A stretch of 64,000 nt of DNA. Source: Candidatus Poribacteria bacterium. GTDB taxonomy: Bacteria; Poribacteria; WGA-4E; WGA-3G. The position numbers and the translations under genes are program-made. The notes under the pieces are model-generated. The model worked only from the letters and a program-made list of their open reading frames with translations. It ran no database searches and was not told the origin of the DNA. The stretch lies in NCBI GenBank assembly GCA_964291315.2, contig OZ219751.1, positions 1 through 64,000 on the forward strand. Reading direction: 5' to 3'. Positions 21,690 through 31,027 of this stretch are shown piece after piece. Every line of letters begins with the position of its first letter. The stretch's first letter is position 1.

Positions 21690-21975
21690 TTGCCCCTTTG
21701 CTTATGTTTTCTCTATTGCTATTCTAAAGCACCAATTGTTCAGTTGACTTTTATTGTAAATTTGTTGTTTTATTCAATATAATGGGATATTGTCGGGATT
21801 TGGAAATCCATCCGCCCGGGCGCAAAGTGAAGTTTCTTCGTACCGGGATTTCGGAAGTTTTTTCAGATTAATTGATAAAAGTGCATCCGAAGATGTGTAT
21901 AAGCGAATCATTGTCATTTTCCTTATGGCAATGGTATCCTACTACCGCTGTATCGCGGAAAAGGAGGTATTTGTT

Positions 21976-22008
21976 ATGTTAGCAAACCAGAGGAGGTGTG
22001 ACACTTAG
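21976..22008 (+). CDS. Putative mini-ORF MLANQRRCDT
   Basis: Perfect AAGGAGGT RBS at 21961-21968, 7 nt before the ATG. Confidence 0.3.
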   Translation: MLANQRRCDT

Positions 22009-22052
22009 TGTTGCGCCCTTGTGGTGTGACATTTAGTGTCGCACGCTTTGGA

Positions 22053-22089
22053 AGGGGCAGGGGGTTAAAATCCCTCTGTCCCCTGTTTT
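22053..22089 (+). terminator. Rho-independent terminator
   Basis: GC-rich stem AGGGGCAGGGGG/TCCCTCTGTCCCCT followed by GTTTT. Confidence 0.7.
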
Positions 22090-22224
22090 CGATATATGCT
22101 ATTCTTATCTTATGTTAAAAATAGGGCTAACTGAATTTTCATAGCATATTTTTTATCTTATTTTCCTGCCCAAACTGCAGATCTTACGATGCCAGATGCA
22201 GCAGGCACCATAGTCTAATTTAAC

Positions 22225-22253
22225 TTGCTTTTCCTCTTGAAATGTGTTAATAT
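22225..22253 (+). promoter_or_regulatory. Sigma70-type promoter
   Basis: TTGCTT-N17-TAATAT with TG at -15/-14. Confidence 0.55.
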
Positions 22254-22266
22254 AAATGAATATCTA

Positions 22267-22447
22267 TAGGAAGTATCTCTGAAGATACTATCCCAGCAGC
22301 GGGTCCCAAGGCCGTCCACAGAGACCATCGACTCCAGGGGCCTTAGCAGGTTTTCGTGCAAGCGAAGCAGCAATTTTAGCACGACCGACAGTGGATCTGC
22401 CTATATCTCGCTAGTAGGGGATGCCAATTTTTGATATACTATCCTAT
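22267..22447 (+). ncRNA. Candidate ~180-nt rod-shaped ncRNA (6S RNA-like)
   Basis: Nested complementary segments ATAGGAAGTAT/ATACTATCCTAT, ATCCC/GGGAT, AGCGGG/CTCGCT, AGGC/GCCT, TCCAC/GTGGA, TCGTGC/GCACGA; lies between a promoter and a terminator. Confidence 0.45.
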
Positions 22448-22451
22448 GTAC

Positions 22452-22490
22452 TTAGCAAGGGATGTTTTTTTGCTAACATTTTTTAATTTT
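22452..22490 (+). terminator. Rho-independent terminator after the candidate ncRNA
   Basis: TTAGCAAGGG/TTTTTGCTAA stem followed by T-rich tract. Confidence 0.55.
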
Positions 22491-22534
22491 CAACAGTTCT
22501 AAACTACAAACAAAATGAAAAGGAGGAGGTACCT

Positions 22535-22621
22535 ATGATGCTAAATTTGAACCACGCCACACTTTATCTGAAAACATATAGTCCACGGCGATGGTGCCTC
22601 TGCCCATTATCGACGATTTGA
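22535..22621 (+). CDS. Putative small/leader protein, 28 aa (MMLNLNHATLYLKTYSPRRWCLCPLSTI)
   Basis: Very strong RBS AAGGAGGAGGT immediately upstream. Confidence 0.35.
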   Translation: MMLNLNHATLYLKTYSPRRWCLCPLSTI

Positions 22622-22671
22622 TTGAAATGGCATAGGCGTGGTCGCCTCACATGTGAGGAGTCGGTCTATCT

Positions 22672-23046
22672 ATGCCCGAGTTTAATTCAGACTTTTGGGA
22701 GGTTCCGGTCCCACCGGAGTATTTTGATCAATTTACTACAGAGGACTGTCTCTGGTATCGAGCACCTGACGACGAATATACCGTAGCTCGTCATCTCAAG
22801 CGGCAAATGGTCTTGGAACAGATCCGACAGATTATCGCAAACGACCTAACTCACCGCCAAGCCGAGTGTGTTCATCTCTACTTCTATAAAGGCAAAACCC
22901 AAGAAGAGATTGGCTGCATCCTTGGTATCTCCCGGCGTGTTGTCAGTCAACACCTCTTTGGTATCACACGAAACGGGAAGCAGATAGGGGGCGCGATTAA
23001 CAAAATTCGCAAGATGTGCCGAAAGCGGGGAATAGAATTTCCTTAG
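22672..23046 (+). CDS. Sigma-70 region 4 (HTH)-only protein
   Basis: LT.RQ.ECV.LYF..GKTQEEIG.ILGISRRVVSQHL; no sigma region 2; RBS GAGGAG. Confidence 0.8.
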   Translation: MPEFNSDFWEVPVPPEYFDQFTTEDCLWYRAPDDEYTVARHLKRQMVLEQIRQIIANDLTHRQAECVHLYFYKGKTQEEIGCILGISRRVVSQHLFGITRNGKQIGGAINKIRKMCRKRGIEFP

Positions 23047-23494
23047 TCCTAAAGAACTAATCTGTTCATCAACACTACCAGTGCAATTCAATGCGGGAGG
23101 AAACTTTAACGGTCGCCTCTCGCTTGGAAGCACTTCAACCACTCCGACCTGCTATTGGAAGGATTTTCCGATCTCGCCTCTTTCATTTCCACTCTTTACC
23201 TTTTTCATAAGACTAAACGTCCTATCACTTCCTGTTAATTGCTGACAGCTAACGATTCAGACAGACATACCTTGCTAAAAAAAAGCATCCGTGATATGCT
23301 AATCCATATCATATTTGGTATTTCTGACGAAAAGCGGAATATTATGGTGCTTCAAGTTGCAATTATCGGTCGTGACAGGATGGAAAATGGGTGTCTCAAT
23401 GCATATTTCGCAATAAAGTGTTTTAACAACAGAGACAAGGTCATGGTAGGAAAACCCATGGGCTTTACGGTCAAAGCAAGCCGCGCGATTATTG

Positions 23495-23641
23495 CAGCAG
23501 CAAAACCCGACAACAAGATCGCAGCAATCGCTACTTGATGCCGAAGTAGGTCTCCGCGCAAAATCGATCTGTGAAGCAAATTCTTGCGGACAGTCTGTCG
23601 ACTATGAAGAGGTAGTGGCACGGAATATTGAAAACTACTAG
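23495..23641 (+). pseudogene. Possible decayed remnant of a Gfo/Idh/MocA C-terminus
   Basis: One frame reads LLDAEVGLRAKSICEA..GQSVDYEEV, resembling oxidoreductase C-termini; weak. Confidence 0.2.
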
Positions 23642-23671
23642 AAACCGATCAACGGACGGTGGAATCTCTAA

Positions 23672-24970
23672 TTGTCTAAACAGGAAAGCTCTCTAACACC
23701 ACGTGCAGAGGAAGGTCAATCGGAGGTGAGGAGACCGGTTGGATATTTCGAACTCATCCGCCGCAATCTCAACTTCCGTTGTCTCTGGGCGGGGCAAGTC
23801 GCTAGCCTCCTCGGTGACTGGTTTAATCTTATCGCGTCTGCAATATTAATCGCTAAATTGACTGGGTCAGGACTCGCGATGGGGATCCTATTCACAATCC
23901 GAATGGTGGCCCCTTTTGTGATTGCCCCGATTGCGGGAATATGCGCAGACCGGTACAACCGAAAGCACCTCTTAATCATCACTGACATTACACGTGCCTT
24001 TATTGTTTTCGGATTCCTTTTTGTCCGGAACGAGAGTCATGTATGGCTTTTCTATACCTTCACAATGCTACTGTCTGCAGTGAGTGGCTTCTTCAGTCCT
24101 GCTCGGAGTGCTATTCTGCCGGACATCACTTCCGCACAAGAACTCGGTGCCGCTAACACCCTAGGGGCTGCGACGTGGTCAGTAATGCTCGCGTTTGGTG
24201 CAATGATCGGCGGTTTAACAACCGGAATCTTTGGCATCCAAACAGCTTTTATTGTTGACGGTTTGACGTTTTTGGTTTCAGCTGCTTTTCTACTTCCAAT
24301 TAAGCTGCCCGGGCCGCCTTCTGTTGCCCCCGGGACCCCTGCTCAGGCAAAGCTAAGTGCCTTACGGTACATGTTCCGGGATCCTGACATTCTTTTCATT
24401 GCGATGCATAAAGCAGCCCTGGCCCTCCTACTCTCTTCCGGATTTCAGATTTTACAAATAGAAATCGCGAACACCCACTTTGTCATCGGAGGCGGCGGGG
24501 CGATCAGCTTAGGCCTTATGTATGGTGTAAACGGGATCGGTAGCGGCATCGGTCCCATTCTCACACGGCGTTGGACCGGCGATCAAGATAGGTTACTTCG
24601 GATAAGTATTAGTATCGGCTACCTCGTTGGTACATTTGGACTCGTTATTACTGCTCCGATCTATGATCTCACAACCGTACTTATCGGTGGATTTGTCCGA
24701 AGCGTGGGCGGTGGAATGATATGGGTTTTTTCAACCCAGCTCTTGTTCCAGAGGGCACCGAATGAGCTCCGAGGACGCATTTTCAGTACGGAGTTTGCCT
24801 TCTTTACACTTATGGCGAGCGTTGCTACAGCAGTCGTAGGCTCACTGTTAGATCGGTTTCCGCTCCACACGATTCTCTGGGGAATGGCAGCACTCCCTCT
24901 TATTCCAACGGTCCTGTGGTCCTTGTGGCAGACGCGTTACAATCAACGAAATCAGGATAGGAGTCTGTAA
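23672..24970 (+). CDS. MFS transporter (DHA3/MefA-like)
   Basis: NFRCLW.GQ..S..GDW, G..ADRYNRK and P.ELRGR motifs; ~12 TM. Confidence 0.9.
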   Translation: MSKQESSLTPRAEEGQSEVRRPVGYFELIRRNLNFRCLWAGQVASLLGDWFNLIASAILIAKLTGSGLAMGILFTIRMVAPFVIAPIAGICADRYNRKHLLIITDITRAFIVFGFLFVRNESHVWLFYTFTMLLSAVSGFFSPARSAILPDITSAQELGAANTLGAATWSVMLAFGAMIGGLTTGIFGIQTAFIVDGLTFLVSAAFLLPIKLPGPPSVAPGTPAQAKLSALRYMFRDPDILFIAMHKAALALLLSSGFQILQIEIANTHFVIGGGGAISLGLMYGVNGIGSGIGPILTRRWTGDQDRLLRISISIGYLVGTFGLVITAPIYDLTTVLIGGFVRSVGGGMIWVFSTQLLFQRAPNELRGRIFSTEFAFFTLMASVATAVVGSLLDRFPLHTILWGMAALPLIPTVLWSLWQTRYNQRNQDRSL

Positions 24971-25230
24971 TAGATAGGGATTGCCTGCTATTGTTAAGGT
25001 CGAATCTAGATCTAAATCGCACCAACAAGCATTCAAAAGTCCTAACACTCAGGAAGCTGGATCAATAGCATTCTCGATCTTATTCTTCCGGTACAATACA
25101 TCGGTGAGTCGACGGGTTCAGCGTCGCCTGCTATTCTTGTCATAGACGATGTAGTTATCTTGAGTCCTGCAGCGATACAAACATTGATAGATCGTGTGAC
25201 AGTTGGAGATGGCGGCTCTACAACAAATCG

Positions 25231-25821
25231 CTATTCTTTCCACCGTTGGATGAGTTTCGTATCTATCCCAAACTGATCTAAAATTTTTGTTACGACGAAG
25301 TTAAACATATCATCCACAGTTTTTGGGAAGTGGTACAATCCCGGCATTGCAGGTAAGACACATACCCCCATGCGTGCCAATTTGAGCATATTTTCCAAAT
25401 GAATAGAGCTGAGGGGCGTTTCGCGTGGCACGAGTACCAGTCTACGCTTTTCCTTGATACACACATCGGCGGCGCGCTGTATGAGATTCCGCGAGATGCC
25501 TGCGGCGATAGAGGCCACACTCCCCATACTACAAGGCGCGACGATCATTCCTTGTGTTCGAAAAGAGCCGCTTGCGATAGGTGCACCGATGTCTGATTGG
25601 TGATGGTAGATAACTTTCGGTGAGGATGTGCCGATGAGTGATTCCAATTTAAAGTTATCGAGGTCTATTTCTATCTGGAGTTCTTCTGACAGCGCGCGCG
25701 CTCCGGAGGAGGAGATGGTCAGATGTACCTCTATGTCCGCATGTTTTGTGAGCGTTTCGAGCAGCCGGATTCCGTATATGCCTGCGCTTGCGCCTGTTAT
25801 TCCTACGATCAATCGTTTCAA
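25231..25821 (-). CDS. ubiX: Flavin prenyltransferase
   Basis: VGITGAS, IASGSF, APCSM, RAADV, RETPLS.IHLENM and P.MPG.Y motifs. Confidence 0.93.
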   Translation of the reverse strand: MKRLIVGITGASAGIYGIRLLETLTKHADIEVHLTISSSGARALSEELQIEIDLDNFKLESLIGTSSPKVIYHHQSDIGAPIASGSFRTQGMIVAPCSMGSVASIAAGISRNLIQRAADVCIKEKRRLVLVPRETPLSSIHLENMLKLARMGVCVLPAMPGLYHFPKTVDDMFNFVVTKILDQFGIDTKLIQRWKE

Positions 25822-26126
25822 TTGTTAAGTTCTCCTTGAAGAGGGTTAGCCTCAACTTCGGTTGATCTGTGCAGTTTCGATCTATAACTATTATATCTAT
25901 TATTCAAAGAAATTCAAGGATAAATCGTCTGTGGGGGATGTAAGGTTTTTGACGGGGCCTGAGGAGACACACGAAACCAACAACCTATGCTACAAGTGGC
26001 TTGCACACTGTAATAGGTTATAGGACAGAAGATCACCACACGGAGGTTCACCCATTCTGTTTCTAGTTTTCTCCAGAGCTATTGAATTGTCAAGCGCAGT
26101 TTAGGTATGTGTATGTTACGGTATGG

Positions 26127-26170
26127 TTCTATCAGAAGCGGGAGGACATTTCCCGCTACCTCTGATAGAA
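26127..26170. repeat. REP-like palindrome TTCTATCAGA-AGCGGGA...TCCCGCT-ACC-TCTGATAGAA
   Basis: Two nested inverted repeats visible. Confidence 0.7.
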
Positions 26171-26330
26171 TAGACTTCATTTTATCAAATTCCATTATCG
26201 ACAATTGAATGCCTCAGTATAGATTTTAGGGTTAGTACCGATTTATCGGTTTTTTTCAGTGTGATATTTCCATAAATATGCGAATATTTCTCTAAGTTGG
26301 CGTGAGGCGTATCTTTTCCGATGAATGTTC

Positions 26331-26359
26331 TTGACAAATAACGTGTGTTTGTGTATAAA
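26331..26359 (+). promoter_or_regulatory. Sigma70-type promoter of the duplicated operon, copy 1
   Basis: TTGACA-N17-TATAAA. Confidence 0.7.
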
Positions 26360-26516
26360 TTAGCTAGTAATATAAATAGTCGCGTTTTTGGAAGCGGCAG
26401 CCGCTCATAGATTTAGAGCGGTGTGGCGGTGGTGCTCTCACCGGAGATCGACGAGAAAACACCTGCCATAATCCGGGGCGGATCGTACACAACGAAAATG
26501 ATTAGGACAGGGGGTT

Positions 26517-27602
26517 ATGATGAAAATCAGAGGTATTTATGCGCTGAGTATTCTCTTAATTGTCTTCATACTTTGTGGTGTCGGATGGCATCTGTTTCGT
26601 CCGAGAAACCTGGAGCCTGTCACGATACACAAAGCAGTATCTGACGATGCCTCCTTCGTAGAGACTTCCGAGGCATCGCAGGATGCAAAAGCCAGAGACG
26701 CAGGGAAAGAGACACTGACCTTCGAAGAACGAGCCGAACGGTCCAAGGAGGTGACGCTCGAAGCGGTTCGTATTCTCCGAGGCAAAGAGAGCGATCCGGT
26801 TATAGATGGGTTACAAAAAGCAATGGAGACCCCGGAATACCGAGAATATCTCCGAAAGGATGAAGGAACGTTTGGGGTGAATCTGTCGCTGTGGTGGGAC
26901 TTTCTTGAATCACAAGACCTCGGCTCTGGGAGGATACTCCAAGAAAGATATTTCAAGGAATATTTTCCAGGGGGGAGAGATGCGAGTTATTATGAGCCGG
27001 ACATGCGGAGAAAGATAGCGGAACTTGCCCTTAAGTATCCTTTCAAAGATGCTGCGGGATTACTCAAGGATTTTTGGCAGGACAGGGCGAATTATATTTG
27101 GAACCGCCAGTATTTCAATGGTCATGTGGGCGACTATGCTTGGGCTGAGTCGATACAGCAGAATGCGGCGAGTGTCCTTGAGGAATTGTCGGCTGTAGAG
27201 GCAAAGCCCGCCGCGTCTGCCAACTCTGCCTCCGAACCGCGTAGTCCTGATGCCGCCGAAGAAAACAGCAGCACTCAAGCGTCGCCCGGCGGCGAGGGTA
27301 GCCAGACCGTGTCTTTTGAACAGGGTCGTCCGTCTGGAGATGAACAGGAGCCTGAGCGCATTGAGACCGGCTTCCCAGAGGGGTTTAACCGACTGTCCGT
27401 TGCGGAGTTTGAAAAGGCACTCACTGATGCGGATGTTGAAAAATCCCTCACTGAACGTTTTTCACAGCAGCGTCTGACGCGTGTTCTGACCACCTTGAGG
27501 CAATATGGACCGCAAGAAGGACTTCGGAGACTGAAAGAATTAGATCCGGAGATAGTGCCGCACGTTGAACGGGTTCTCAACCCCCGTGAGGAGACAGACT
27601 AA
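26517..27602 (+). CDS. Hypothetical membrane-anchored protein A1 (N-terminal TM, helical domain, low-complexity linker, helical C-terminal domain)
   Basis: 361-aa ORF with RBS AGGGGG and N-terminal TM; intact in both copies. Confidence 0.8.
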   Translation: MMKIRGIYALSILLIVFILCGVGWHLFRPRNLEPVTIHKAVSDDASFVETSEASQDAKARDAGKETLTFEERAERSKEVTLEAVRILRGKESDPVIDGLQKAMETPEYREYLRKDEGTFGVNLSLWWDFLESQDLGSGRILQERYFKEYFPGGRDASYYEPDMRRKIAELALKYPFKDAAGLLKDFWQDRANYIWNRQYFNGHVGDYAWAESIQQNAASVLEELSAVEAKPAASANSASEPRSPDAAEENSSTQASPGGEGSQTVSFEQGRPSGDEQEPERIETGFPEGFNRLSVAEFEKALTDADVEKSLTERFSQQRLTRVLTTLRQYGPQEGLRRLKELDPEIVPHVERVLNPREETD

Positions 27603-27603
27603 C

Positions 27604-27888
27604 ATGAAAGATACACATGTATTGATTGGAGCCTGTGCCCTGGCTCTCCTTGCCATTGTAGCTGTGTTCATAGGATATGCTACAGATACGTTGCCACATT
27701 CCGCAACGCGTGTGATAACGCCGGCGATGCCTGCTTCGAGGACACCTGTAGCGAAGAAAAAAGACTGCGCCTGTTGCAAGGTAACGCGCGAAGTTCTCCG
27801 GGCACGTATCAAAGCCGTTGTGAACAAGCATATCACAGAGAAGACGCAGCCGCCTCTGGGCAGCAGTGTATCTGGAGACCCCGAATGA
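27604..27888 (+). CDS. Small exported/membrane protein B with KKKDCACC motif
   Basis: RBS GAGGAG, N-terminal hydrophobic helix, CxCC motif; stop overlaps the next ATG (ATGA). Confidence 0.7.
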   Translation: MKDTHVLIGACALALLAIVAVFIGYATDTLPHSATRVITPAMPASRTPVAKKKDCACCKVTREVLRARIKAVVNKHITEKTQPPLGSSVSGDPE

Positions 27889-28694
27889 AAATATACTGCT
27901 CGCTTTTTATTCTTTTTATTCTTATCTGTGATGTCGGCGTGTTTGCAGCGGAGGAGCCGCGCGCCCTACGTGATCCGTCCCGCTTGGAGGCAGAGACCTT
28001 CGCTCGCTTGAAAAAGAAGTTTCCTGGAGATCTCCTCAGTGGAGACCTCAAACAACTGCACGAACTCGCGGAGTCTGCTGAATATAAAAACTTTCTTGAG
28101 GCGGTTTATCCAGGGGCATCGGTGCCGCCAGCATTTGCCAAGGTTGTTAACGGAGATGTCCCGCTTGTGGACGATAGGCTCTACACGATACTTCCGTCCA
28201 AGAAACGTTATCTCACCTACTATAGGGAATACTTCAAGGTTGGTAGCCTCGACGAAGTGACGGATGCCGAGCATTTCATCATTCACCACGAAGTGACGGG
28301 AAAGTGGCTTCACTTCGCCATAGATCTGGGTGGTGATAAACCTGTATATCGCCGCACCGAGGGTCTCCGCCTGAGTGGCAGAGGGCCGGCGAGACTGGTG
28401 CGAACGCCGCAATTCAAAGCAATGATGAAACGCCGTTTTGGCATTGGAATAGAGGTGAGGATGATGCCGCTCTACGAGATGCCGATTCAGAGTATAACGC
28501 GTGTTTGCTTAGCTACGGATGCCCGCTGGCTGGCGTCTATGTTTGAAAAACATGGGGGCCGCTCTGATGCCATCATCTGGGTTGCCCTCCAAGATCCTGC
28601 TCTGTTGAGCCGGCTGCGGTATGCCTTTACCAAGGCGGAGACGCTCCTTCACTTTGTTGAGAGAGTATTGGAGACCGCTGAACCTTCTGACTAA
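27885..28694 (+). CDS. Hypothetical exported protein C1
   Basis: Signal-peptide-like MKIYCSLFILFILICDVGVFA; translationally coupled to gene B. Confidence 0.75.
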   Translation: MKIYCSLFILFILICDVGVFAAEEPRALRDPSRLEAETFARLKKKFPGDLLSGDLKQLHELAESAEYKNFLEAVYPGASVPPAFAKVVNGDVPLVDDRLYTILPSKKRYLTYYREYFKVGSLDEVTDAEHFIIHHEVTGKWLHFAIDLGGDKPVYRRTEGLRLSGRGPARLVRTPQFKAMMKRRFGIGIEVRMMPLYEMPIQSITRVCLATDARWLASMFEKHGGRSDAIIWVALQDPALLSRLRYAFTKAETLLHFVERVLETAEPSD

Positions 28695-28849
28695 TTCCAT
28701 GCACATTCGAACGCTCGGCTGTATTGAATGCCTCAGTATAGATTTTAGGGTTAGTACCGATTTATCGGTTTTTTTCAGTGTGATATTTCCATAAATATGC
28801 GAATATTTCTCTAAGTTGGCGTGAGGCGTATCTTTTCCGATGAATGTTC

Positions 28850-28878
28850 TTGACAAATAACGTGTGTTTGTGTATAAA
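28850..28878 (+). promoter_or_regulatory. Sigma70-type promoter of the duplicated operon, copy 2
   Basis: TTGACA-N17-TATAAA, identical to copy 1. Confidence 0.7.
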
Positions 28879-29035
28879 TTAGCTAGTAATATAAATAGTC
28901 GCGTTTTTGGAAGCGGCAGCCGCTCATAGATTTAGAGCGGTGTGGCGGTGGTGCTCTCACCGGAGATCGACGAGAAAACACCTGCCATAATCCGGGGCGG
29001 ATCGTACACAACGAAAATGATTAGGACAGGGGGTT

Positions 29036-30121
29036 ATGATGAAAATCAGAGGTATTTATGCGCTGAGTATTCTCTTAATTGTCTTCATACTTTGTGGTGT
29101 CGGATGGCATCTGTTTCGTCCGAGAAACCTGGAGCCTGTCACGATACACAAAGCAGTATCTGACGATGCCTCCTTCGTAGAGACCTCCGAGGCATCGCAG
29201 GATGCAAAAGCCAGAGACGCAGGGAAAGAGACACTGACCTTCGAAGAACGAGCCGAACGGTCCAAGGAGGTGACGCTCGAAGCGGCCCGTATTTTCCGAG
29301 GCACAGAGAGCGATCCGGTTATAGATGGGTTACAAAAAGCAATGGAGACCCCGGAATACCGAGAATATCTCCGAAAGCAGCGAGAAACGTTTGGGGTGAA
29401 TCTGTCGCTGTGGTGGGACTTTCTTGAATCACAAGGGCTCGGCTCTGGGAGGATACTCCAAGAAAGATATTTCAAGGAATATTTTCCAGGGGGGAGAGAT
29501 GCGAGTTATTATGAGCCGGACATGCGGAGAAAGATAGCGGAACTTGCCCTTAAGTATCCTTTCAAAGATGCTGCGGGGCTACTCAAGGATTTTTGGCAGG
29601 ACAGGGCGAATTATATTTGGAACCGCCAGTATTTCAATGGTCATGTGGGCGACTATGCTTGGGCTGAGTCGATACAGCAGAATGCGGCGAGTGTCCTTGA
29701 GGAATTGTCGGCTGTGGAGGCAAAGCCCGCCGCGTCTGCCAACGCTACCTCCGAACCGCGTAGCCCTGATGCCGCCGAAGAAAACAGCGGGGCTCAAGCG
29801 TCGCCCGGCGGCGAAGGTAGCCAGACCGTGTCTTTTGAACAGAGCCGTCTGTCTGGAGATGAACAGGAGCCCGAGCGCATTGAGACCGGCTTCCCAGAGG
29901 GTTCTAACCGACTGTCCGTTTCGGACGTTGAAAAGGCACTCACTGATGCGGATGTTGAAAAATCCCTCACTGAACGTTTTTCACAGCAGCGTCTGACGCG
30001 TGTTCTGACCACCTTGAGGCAATATGGACCGCAAGAAGGGCTTCGGAGACTGAAAGAATTGGATCCGGAGATAGTGCCGCACGTTGAACGGGTTCTCAAC
30101 CCCCGTGAGGAGACAGACTAA
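29036..30121 (+). CDS. Hypothetical membrane-anchored protein A2 (paralog of A1)
   Basis: 361 aa, near-identical to 26517-27602. Confidence 0.8.
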   Translation: MMKIRGIYALSILLIVFILCGVGWHLFRPRNLEPVTIHKAVSDDASFVETSEASQDAKARDAGKETLTFEERAERSKEVTLEAARIFRGTESDPVIDGLQKAMETPEYREYLRKQRETFGVNLSLWWDFLESQGLGSGRILQERYFKEYFPGGRDASYYEPDMRRKIAELALKYPFKDAAGLLKDFWQDRANYIWNRQYFNGHVGDYAWAESIQQNAASVLEELSAVEAKPAASANATSEPRSPDAAEENSGAQASPGGEGSQTVSFEQSRLSGDEQEPERIETGFPEGSNRLSVSDVEKALTDADVEKSLTERFSQQRLTRVLTTLRQYGPQEGLRRLKELDPEIVPHVERVLNPREETD

Positions 30122-30122
30122 C

Positions 30123-30168
30123 ATGAAAGATACACACATAGGTTGGTGTATTTGGAGACCCCGAGTGA
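30123..30168 (+). pseudogene. Remnant of gene B in copy 2
   Basis: Retains ATGAAAGATACACA and GTGTA.TGGAGACCCCGA; the internal ~239 bp is absent. Confidence 0.75.
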
Positions 30169-30998
30169 AAATATGCTGCTCGCTTTTTATTTTTGTTTTT
30201 CTTATCTGTGATGTCAGTGCGTTTGCAGCGGAGGAGCCGCGCGCCCTACGTGATCCGTCCCGCTTGGAGGCAGAGACCTTCGCTCGCTTGAAAAAGAAGT
30301 TTCCTGGGGATATCCTCAGTGGAGACCTCAAACAACTGCACGAACTCGCGGAGTCTGCTGAATATAAAAACTTTCTTGAGGCGGTTTATCCAGGGGCATC
30401 GGTGCCGCTAGCATTTGCCAAGGTTGTTAACGGAGATGTCCCGCTTGTGGACGATAGGCTCTACACGATACTTCCGTCCAAGAAACGTTATCTCACCTAC
30501 TATAGGGAATACTTCAAGGTTGGTAGCCTCGACGAAGTGACGGATGCCGAGCATTTCATCATTCACCACAAAGTGACGGTAAGTTGGGTTCTCTCCGCTA
30601 TAGATCTTGGCGGAGATAAACCTGCATATCGCCGCACCGAGGGGCTCCGCCTGAGTGGCAGAGGGCCGGCGAGACTGGTGCGAACGCCGCAATTCAAAGC
30701 AATGATGAAACGCCGTTTTGGCATTGAAATAGAGGGGAAACCGAACCTCCATAACAGTACCCAGATGTTCCCGGTCTATATGCTTCCGATTCAGAGTATG
30801 GCGCGTGTCTGCTTAGCTGCGGATGCCCGCTGGCTGGCGTCTATGTTTGAAAAACATGGGGGCCGCTCTGATGCCATCATCTGGGTTGCCCTCCAAGATC
30901 CTGCTCTGTTGAGCCGGCTGCGGTATGCCTTTACCAAGGCGGAGACGCTCCTTCACTTTGTTGAGAGAGCATTGGAGACCGCTGAACCTTCTGACTAA
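30165..30998 (+). CDS. Hypothetical exported protein C2 (paralog of C1)
   Basis: GTG start at the position of the C1 ATG; near-identical except two variable patches. Confidence 0.75.
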   Translation: MKICCSLFIFVFLICDVSAFAAEEPRALRDPSRLEAETFARLKKKFPGDILSGDLKQLHELAESAEYKNFLEAVYPGASVPLAFAKVVNGDVPLVDDRLYTILPSKKRYLTYYREYFKVGSLDEVTDAEHFIIHHKVTVSWVLSAIDLGGDKPAYRRTEGLRLSGRGPARLVRTPQFKAMMKRRFGIEIEGKPNLHNSTQMFPVYMLPIQSMARVCLAADARWLASMFEKHGGRSDAIIWVALQDPALLSRLRYAFTKAETLLHFVERALETAEPSD

Positions 30999-31027
30999 TT
31001 CCATGCACATTCGAACACTCGGCTGTA

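Noticed and set aside
22346-22372. SRP RNA helix 8 (CAGG...GNRA...AGCAG)
   Set aside because: The stem between CAGG and AGCA is asymmetric (7 vs 4 nt) and the flanks do not pair as in SRP RNA
23345-23573. Selenoprotein read-through at ACT-TGA-TGC
   Set aside because: No recognisable fold, only 11 further codons, no convincing SECIS; none of the split genes break at an in-frame TGA either
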